A stretch of DNA of 35,690 bases from Armatimonadota bacterium (lineage in GTDB: Bacteria > Armatimonadota > Hebobacteria > Hebobacterales > Hebobacteraceae), in the NCBI GenBank assembly GCA_050010895.1, contig JBEKKD010000003.1, forward strand, positions 1 to 35,690, in the 5' to 3' direction. This document shows positions 31,011 through 35,690 of the stretch, in pieces. Both the position numbers and the translations under genes were made by a program. Below the pieces are notes generated by a model, which ran no database searches, was not told where the DNA came from, and saw only the letters and a program-made list of their open reading frames with translations. Each line of letters begins with the position of its first letter. Position 1 is the first letter of the stretch.

Positions 31011-34000
31011 TCAGGGCTTGCCCGCCGCGGCGGGCGGGGGCGAGGGGCTGGTGGTGCGCAGCCAGAGCGACGCGCCCGCGTCCAGGCTCGGGAACTCCAC
31101 CCGCAAGCCGAGGGTTTCTACCGTAATCAGCGGGCCGATCTCTTTGCCCTGATGGTCACGACGCCTGCCGGTCTCGGTGTGCGGCTTGACGCGGTAGACC
31201 GCCCGGGAGATCTCCTCCTCCGGGAGTGCGTGTTTGTCGTGGTGCCAGCCGCCCTCGAAGAAAGCGTACGGTGCCACCAAATTCTGTTGCTTCGGCGTCA
31301 TCGCTGCGAACGGTAGTCCACTCTGGCTGCGTGCTTTCTCCCGCTGCTCGGGCGTGAGCGTTGCGTAGAGCAGCAGCGCCTCGGATCTTAGACTGGACCC
31401 TTCCAGGCCTGCCTCTCTCAGGTCAGGGGGCACGTTGACGTCGGACCATGGCCACTCGCCCCGCTGGCGGGGCGGCACCGGACGGCGGCGCGCTAGTTCC
31501 ACAGCCGCGGACACTATATCGTCGAGTGTGAGGCGGCCCTGCCGCTTCAGCTTCTCCCGATAGGCCAGCACCATGGATTCGGGGAACTCCTGCGGGGCGG
31601 AGATGTACCACAGCTTGTCGTGCAGAACCAGGCAGTCGCCGGCCTCGTTCCAGTCATAGCTCCAGTACCAGGACTCGCTGAGCAAGTAGAGGATACGCCA
31701 CATCGGCATGGCGGCCTTGGCCTCGTCCGGTATCTTCCCCGAACCCCACGTCGTGAAGTAGTCCGAGACCAGCGACAGTCCCGTTTCCTTCGCGATGAAC
31801 CGCTGCATCTCCACCTTGTCCACGTTGTCTTTGAAGGGCAGTGTGACGATCTTGTGCAGTTGCGGGCTGCGCGGTTCGCGCCACTCGGCGGAACGCTTGC
31901 GGTCCTGCTGCTCGCGCTGCTGCTCCTGGAACTGCGTCACCAGGCCCGTGAGGGTCGCTTCGGCGGCGTTCTCCTCCATCCCCGTCGAGACAAGCAGTTT
32001 CCGGTAGAGCCCCACCATTCGAGGGTCGGCGAGTAGCCGCGGGGGCAGTGCGTAGCCACCCATGCCCAATCTCAGGTAGTCACCCTTCCGTCCTGCCCCA
32101 CCTTTCACGTCGAAGCACTGGATGCCAGGCCCGACCCCCATCTCGCCGTAGTCCTCGTAGTAGATCGCCGCGGTCGGCAGCAGGTCCGGGAGGATCTTGG
32201 TCCAGCCACGTATCTCGCCGTTGTCGCTGGTGGCGGACTCCTTCACGAACGATTCCGCCGACTGCCGGGCCGCCTCCTGGTACGTGGCCGGCGCGGTCTG
32301 GTACGGCATGTACGCCCGCCCCATCGTGACAAAGTCCTGCATGTCCTTCGCGGGGAGGTTCAGCAGTAGTTCGAGGCGCTTGCGCGCGGCCGGGTCCTTC
32401 ACCGTCGCCGCCAGCAGAGGGTCTGTCTTCGCCAGTTCCTCCAGTTCCTCCGGTGACATCGCCAGCGCCTTGCGCGCCTCCGCGAGCCGCGCCTCGCGCG
32501 CCGGGCGGCGCTCCTCCTGCCAGCGCGTGTTCGCCTCCGCCGCCAGTTCCGTCATCGTCGTCTCCGCCCCGCTGTTGCGGTGCAGCAGGTACACCGGCTG
32601 CGGCCCGTGAGTGTTAATGTCCCAGTGGCACTCCTGCAGGGCCTTGGGGATCTGCAGCATAATCCCCTTGAGGCTGCAGCCCTGGGCGATGATGGTGAGC
32701 TTGCGGTCGCCCAGCGTCTCCACGTCCTCGGGCGCGACCTGAAGAGAGACGCCGGTCTTTTCCGACAGCAACGCCAGGGTGGAGACGGCCGACCGGCCCA
32801 GGATCTCGATTCGGAGCGGTTGCTCCAGGCGACGATCCGGGTCGTAGCCGCCCTCGGTGATCCAGGGCTGCCACGGCTCGCGTTCTGCCCCGTGCGGAGG
32901 GATCGCGTTTGGCGCTCCTGCGTCCGCGCCGTGAACGGTGGCCAGAGCGCCGAGGAGAACAGCGGTGGCCAATGCCGCCACAACCGCCGCGCGTCGAGTC
33001 AGGGCCTGACGGCTGCGCGTGGGGTCCAGCACCGCGCGAATCCGGCCCTCCAGGCCGGAGGTCCGAGCCATTGCCAGTGCCGCGGCCTGCAGGAGCGGGG
33101 GCCGACGCAGCGTGTTGGCGATCTCCAGCAGATGCCCGGCGTAACTCGATCCCTTGAAGCCGCTCGCCAGCACCAGATCATCGCACGCCTGCTCCCCCTG
33201 GCGACGCAGTTGGTTGCCGGCCAGCCAGGCGAGAGGGTTGAACCAGTGCAGCGCGCAGGCGAGCTGTCCCAGCATCTGGATCAGGCAGTCGGCCCGTTTC
33301 ACATGGGCCAGCTCGTGCAAGAGCACCAGCCGGCGCCGCTCATCAGTCCAACCATCGGCGCCCACAGGCAGGAGCAGGACCGGCCGCCGCCACCTGCAGA
33401 TCATCGGCACGGTATCCAGCGGACTGCACATCAGCCTCACGGGCCGGCGCAGGCGGAGCTGCGCAGACGCGTCTCGCATCAGCGCGCGCCACGAGTCATC
33501 GACCACGGGGCGCGCCCGTCTCACCAGGCGAGTCATGCAGACCAGGCCGACCAGCGCGGGCAGCAGTGCGATGGCAGCGCCGAGAGCCCAGACCGCGAGC
33601 GCCAGAGAGGGAATGCGCTCCCGAGGAAATCGCCCGGACGCCGGCCTCTCGACAGCCCCGCGAGTGCGCTTGGCCGTCACAGTGGGAGCGGCGCTGCTCT
33701 TCAGAGAGGTCGCCGCGGCCGTCAGGGCCGCAATGCGTGCGTCGCCGCCAGGCTCGGGCTGGGCAAAGGGCTGGTGCACCGGGCCGGCTGATGGCGCGGG
33801 GAGGCGCGGCACGCCTCGCACTCGCCAGGCAGGGAGCAGCAGAGACAGCAGGGGCAGGCAGAGCAGGCAGACGATCGCCAGCGTCCACAGCAGGTGGCGC
33901 ACGGCGGCCGAGGCGCGGCGCAGTGCGAGACAGACCGCCGCCGTCAGCGCGAGAACCACCGCGCCCCTGGCCGAAACCTCGAGCAGGAACCTGAGCCATC

Positions 34001-34037
34001 CCGCAGAGTCGTGGGAAAACGGCAGCAATGTCACCAT
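31011..34037 (-). CDS. M56 (BlaR1/MecR1-type) metallopeptidase antirepressor fused to an uncharacterised extracytoplasmic domain
   Basis: RRASAAVRHLLW, RPVLLLP, HELAHVKRAD (HExxH), HWFNPLAW, EQACDDLVL and LEGRIRAVLD. The C-terminal ~630 aa is not a penicillin-binding domain. Confidence 0.9.
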   Translation of the reverse strand: MVTLLPFSHDSAGWLRFLLEVSARGAVVLALTAAVCLALRRASAAVRHLLWTLAIVCLLCLPLLSLLLPAWRVRGVPRLPAPSAGPVHQPFAQPEPGGDARIAALTAAATSLKSSAAPTVTAKRTRGAVERPASGRFPRERIPSLALAVWALGAAIALLPALVGLVCMTRLVRRARPVVDDSWRALMRDASAQLRLRRPVRLMCSPLDTVPMICRWRRPVLLLPVGADGWTDERRRLVLLHELAHVKRADCLIQMLGQLACALHWFNPLAWLAGNQLRRQGEQACDDLVLASGFKGSSYAGHLLEIANTLRRPPLLQAAALAMARTSGLEGRIRAVLDPTRSRQALTRRAAVVAALATAVLLGALATVHGADAGAPNAIPPHGAEREPWQPWITEGGYDPDRRLEQPLRIEILGRSAVSTLALLSEKTGVSLQVAPEDVETLGDRKLTIIAQGCSLKGIMLQIPKALQECHWDINTHGPQPVYLLHRNSGAETTMTELAAEANTRWQEERRPAREARLAEARKALAMSPEELEELAKTDPLLAATVKDPAARKRLELLLNLPAKDMQDFVTMGRAYMPYQTAPATYQEAARQSAESFVKESATSDNGEIRGWTKILPDLLPTAAIYYEDYGEMGVGPGIQCFDVKGGAGRKGDYLRLGMGGYALPPRLLADPRMVGLYRKLLVSTGMEENAAEATLTGLVTQFQEQQREQQDRKRSAEWREPRSPQLHKIVTLPFKDNVDKVEMQRFIAKETGLSLVSDYFTTWGSGKIPDEAKAAMPMWRILYLLSESWYWSYDWNEAGDCLVLHDKLWYISAPQEFPESMVLAYREKLKRQGRLTLDDIVSAAVELARRRPVPPRQRGEWPWSDVNVPPDLREAGLEGSSLRSEALLLYATLTPEQREKARSQSGLPFAAMTPKQQNLVAPYAFFEGGWHHDKHALPEEEISRAVYRVKPHTETGRRRDHQGKEIGPLITVETLGLRVEFPSLDAGASLWLRTTSPSPPPAAAGKP

Positions 34038-34038
34038 C

Positions 34039-34434
34039 TCACCGCCCCTCCTTCCTCGCTTGCTCGATGAGCCGGGCGAGCCGCGTCATCTCCTCGGCGG
34101 AAAGACGCGATCCGGAGACATCCAACAGAGCGGCCACGGCCTTCTCCACCGAGCCGTCATAGAAGGTCTGGAGCACCCGCCTGAGCGCCGCCCTGCCGAC
34201 GCCGCCCCGGGGCTGGGTGGGCAGGTAGATGTAGCGGCCCTTCTCCCTGATGTGCTTGAGGTGCCCCTTCTTCTCCAGGATCGTGAGGAGACTCCGCACC
34301 GACGAATAGCCGGGGGCGTCCGGCAGGTCCTCTGTCACCTCCAGAGCGGAGGCCCGCCCCCGCCGGTAGATGATGTCGATGATCTGCCGCTCCCGGCGGC
34401 TGAGGTCGAGCAGTGGGTGCCTCTCCCGTCTCAT
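34039..34434 (-). CDS. BlaI/MecI/CopY-family repressor
   Basis: Start MRRERH after AAAGGA. LSRRERQIIDIIY, YSSVRSLLTILEKKGHL, RYIYLP and TFYDGS. Directly upstream of the M56 gene. Confidence 0.93.
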   Translation of the reverse strand: MRRERHPLLDLSRRERQIIDIIYRRGRASALEVTEDLPDAPGYSSVRSLLTILEKKGHLKHIREKGRYIYLPTQPRGGVGRAALRRVLQTFYDGSVEKAVAALLDVSGSRLSAEEMTRLARLIEQARKEGR

Positions 34435-34471
34435 CGCTGTCCTTTCCGGGAGGCCGCTGCGGGCCCCCTCA

Positions 34472-34532
34472 GTGCGGATATTTTCGCACCTGGTGGCCTC
34501 ACTGTCAAGACCCAAATGCGAAAAAATCAGCA
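34472..34532 (-). promoter_or_regulatory. Sigma70-type promoter of the BlaI-M56 operon flanked by two operator-like dyads
   Basis: Minus strand TTGACA (34508-34503), 17 bp, then GAAAAT (34485-34480) preceded by TGn. Dyads TGCGAAAATATCCGCA (rc of 34473-34488) and TGCGAAAAAATCAGCA (34517-34532) match at 14/16. Confidence 0.7.
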
Positions 34533-34605
34533 GGATGGAGACGGAACGAATCGGAAGGCTAGTGCTCGGGGAATGGCTGGGTCCTCAGCTCCACGATGCC
34601 CTAAT

Positions 34606-34702
34606 GACTCTCGCCCAAAGAAGTAAGGGCGAAAGTCGTCAGAAGACCAGCGAATACCTGAAAGAAGACGTTCGCCCGATGTTACTTTGTTGGGCGAACG
34701 TC
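34606..34702. repeat. Two related hairpins in inverted orientation (REP-like); the right-hand one may terminate the M28 gene
   Basis: GACTCTCGCCC-AAAGAAGTAA-GGGCGAAAGTC (34606-34637, +) and GACGTTCGCCC-AACAAAGTAACATC-GGGCGAACGTC (34667-34702, read on -). The second is followed by TTCTTT on the minus strand. Confidence 0.6.
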
Positions 34703-34710
34703 CGTAGGGG

Positions 34711-35643
34711 TCACTGCGCATCCAGCGTCAGGATCGTCGCCAGCGTCATCTGCACCGTCAGACGCACGTTGGCGATGTCCACGCGTTCCGGGATATCGCC
34801 CGGTTCATGGTAGTTGGGATCGCCGTAGGGGTGCGAGCCATGGATGCCGACGGCTGCGGGATAGCCCGCATTGATGAACGAGCCGTCGTCATTTGCCGGT
34901 TGCTCGTACTGATGCAGGACCTGCGTGAGCCCGATGGCGTACGACTCGTTGACCTCGGCCATCAGGTCGGCCAGCGCCTTGCCGTCGGGTGTCGTGTAGC
35001 AGATCGCGCTCGTCATTATGCCCGCGTCGACTGCCTCCTGAGGCTTCGCGCCGATCCCATCGAGGTTGAACACGGCAACGATCGTGTCGCCGCGCGACTT
35101 CGCGTTATTGGCGGCGGCGACGCTCGACCAGGGCGTGTGCTCTTCGTTACAGAACAGGAACCGTATCGTGCGATTGAGCTTCTCGCCCGCCAGCAGCCGC
35201 GCGATCTCCAGATTCCCCGCCGTGCCGACCGCATTATCGTGCGCGCCCGGAGAGTCGATCCAGCTCGGCGAATCCTTGTGGGAGACGACCACGATGGTCT
35301 CGTCAGGCTTTGCGCTTCCCCGCTTCTTCCCGTAGACGTTGTGCAGCGTGTACCAGGGATCGCCGGGATCCGGTGTCGAGTACCAGTGATGGCGCGGCTT
35401 CGTGCGGTCGCAGCGGAACGCCTGCTCCTGGACCGGCTCCCGAGCCACGTCGTAGCCACACGACCGAAGCTTTTTGGCAATGTACTCATCCGCCTCTTCC
35501 AGCGAGCTCTTCAACTGACCGGGGCGCGTGAAGTTGGCCTTTCGGTACGGCAACGGGTCCTTGGATAGGTAGAAGACCGTGCTCTTCAATGCCTGTGCGT
35601 CAACACGAGCGATCGACTCGGCGATAGGCGGGCTGACGGTCAT
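34711..35643 (-). CDS. M28-family zinc aminopeptidase, no obvious signal peptide
   Basis: NVYG, SHKDS, PGAHDNAVG, NEEH, NLDGIG and PNYHEPGD supply the two-zinc ligand set. Start MTVSPP after CAGGAG (track start 35676). Confidence 0.88.
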   Translation of the reverse strand: MTVSPPIAESIARVDAQALKSTVFYLSKDPLPYRKANFTRPGQLKSSLEEADEYIAKKLRSCGYDVAREPVQEQAFRCDRTKPRHHWYSTPDPGDPWYTLHNVYGKKRGSAKPDETIVVVSHKDSPSWIDSPGAHDNAVGTAGNLEIARLLAGEKLNRTIRFLFCNEEHTPWSSVAAANNAKSRGDTIVAVFNLDGIGAKPQEAVDAGIMTSAICYTTPDGKALADLMAEVNESYAIGLTQVLHQYEQPANDDGSFINAGYPAAVGIHGSHPYGDPNYHEPGDIPERVDIANVRLTVQMTLATILTLDAQ

Positions 35644-35690
35644 GGTATCTCTCCTGTGGATGGTTTCATAGGGCAAGAGCTTTCAGTACC

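Noticed and set aside
31011-34434. Beta-lactam resistance cassette
   Set aside because: No beta-lactamase or PBP gene is adjacent, and the M56 protein lacks a penicillin-binding sensor domain.
32580-34626. 403-aa and 490-aa plus-strand ORFs
   Set aside because: Antisense to the well-supported M56 and BlaI genes, with low-complexity Arg/Ala/Ser-rich translations.

Overview
GC-rich bacterial chromosomal window. The SLH/PKD protein, the Wza/Wzc export genes and the M56 fusion suggest a diderm such as Armatimonadota; this is inference only. From left to right: (1) a catabolic pair, GH2 beta-galactosidase plus a secreted heparinase II/III-like lyase (+); (2) an ~18 kb minus-strand Wzx/Wzy-type surface-polysaccharide locus (wza, 2 GT4, priming transferase, wzc, wzx, wzy, FemAB/FemX-like transferase, WalW-like deacetylase, GT4, a decayed GNAT, GT4, CelD/BcsL-like GNAT, secreted GHL15-like hydrolase with a DUF11-like tail), preceded by a co-oriented 5xPKD/3xSLH surface protein; (3) a membrane-anchored Ser/Thr kinase homologue that has lost most catalytic residues, converging on a large secreted Ig/PEGA-type protein; (4) a BlaI/M56 pair with a visible promoter and two operator-like sites, a pair of REP-like hairpins and an M28 peptidase. 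I saw no rRNA, tRNA, CRISPR array or transposase. The best candidates for new biology are the deacetylase + FemX-like + GNAT glycan-tailoring module and the pseudokinase.
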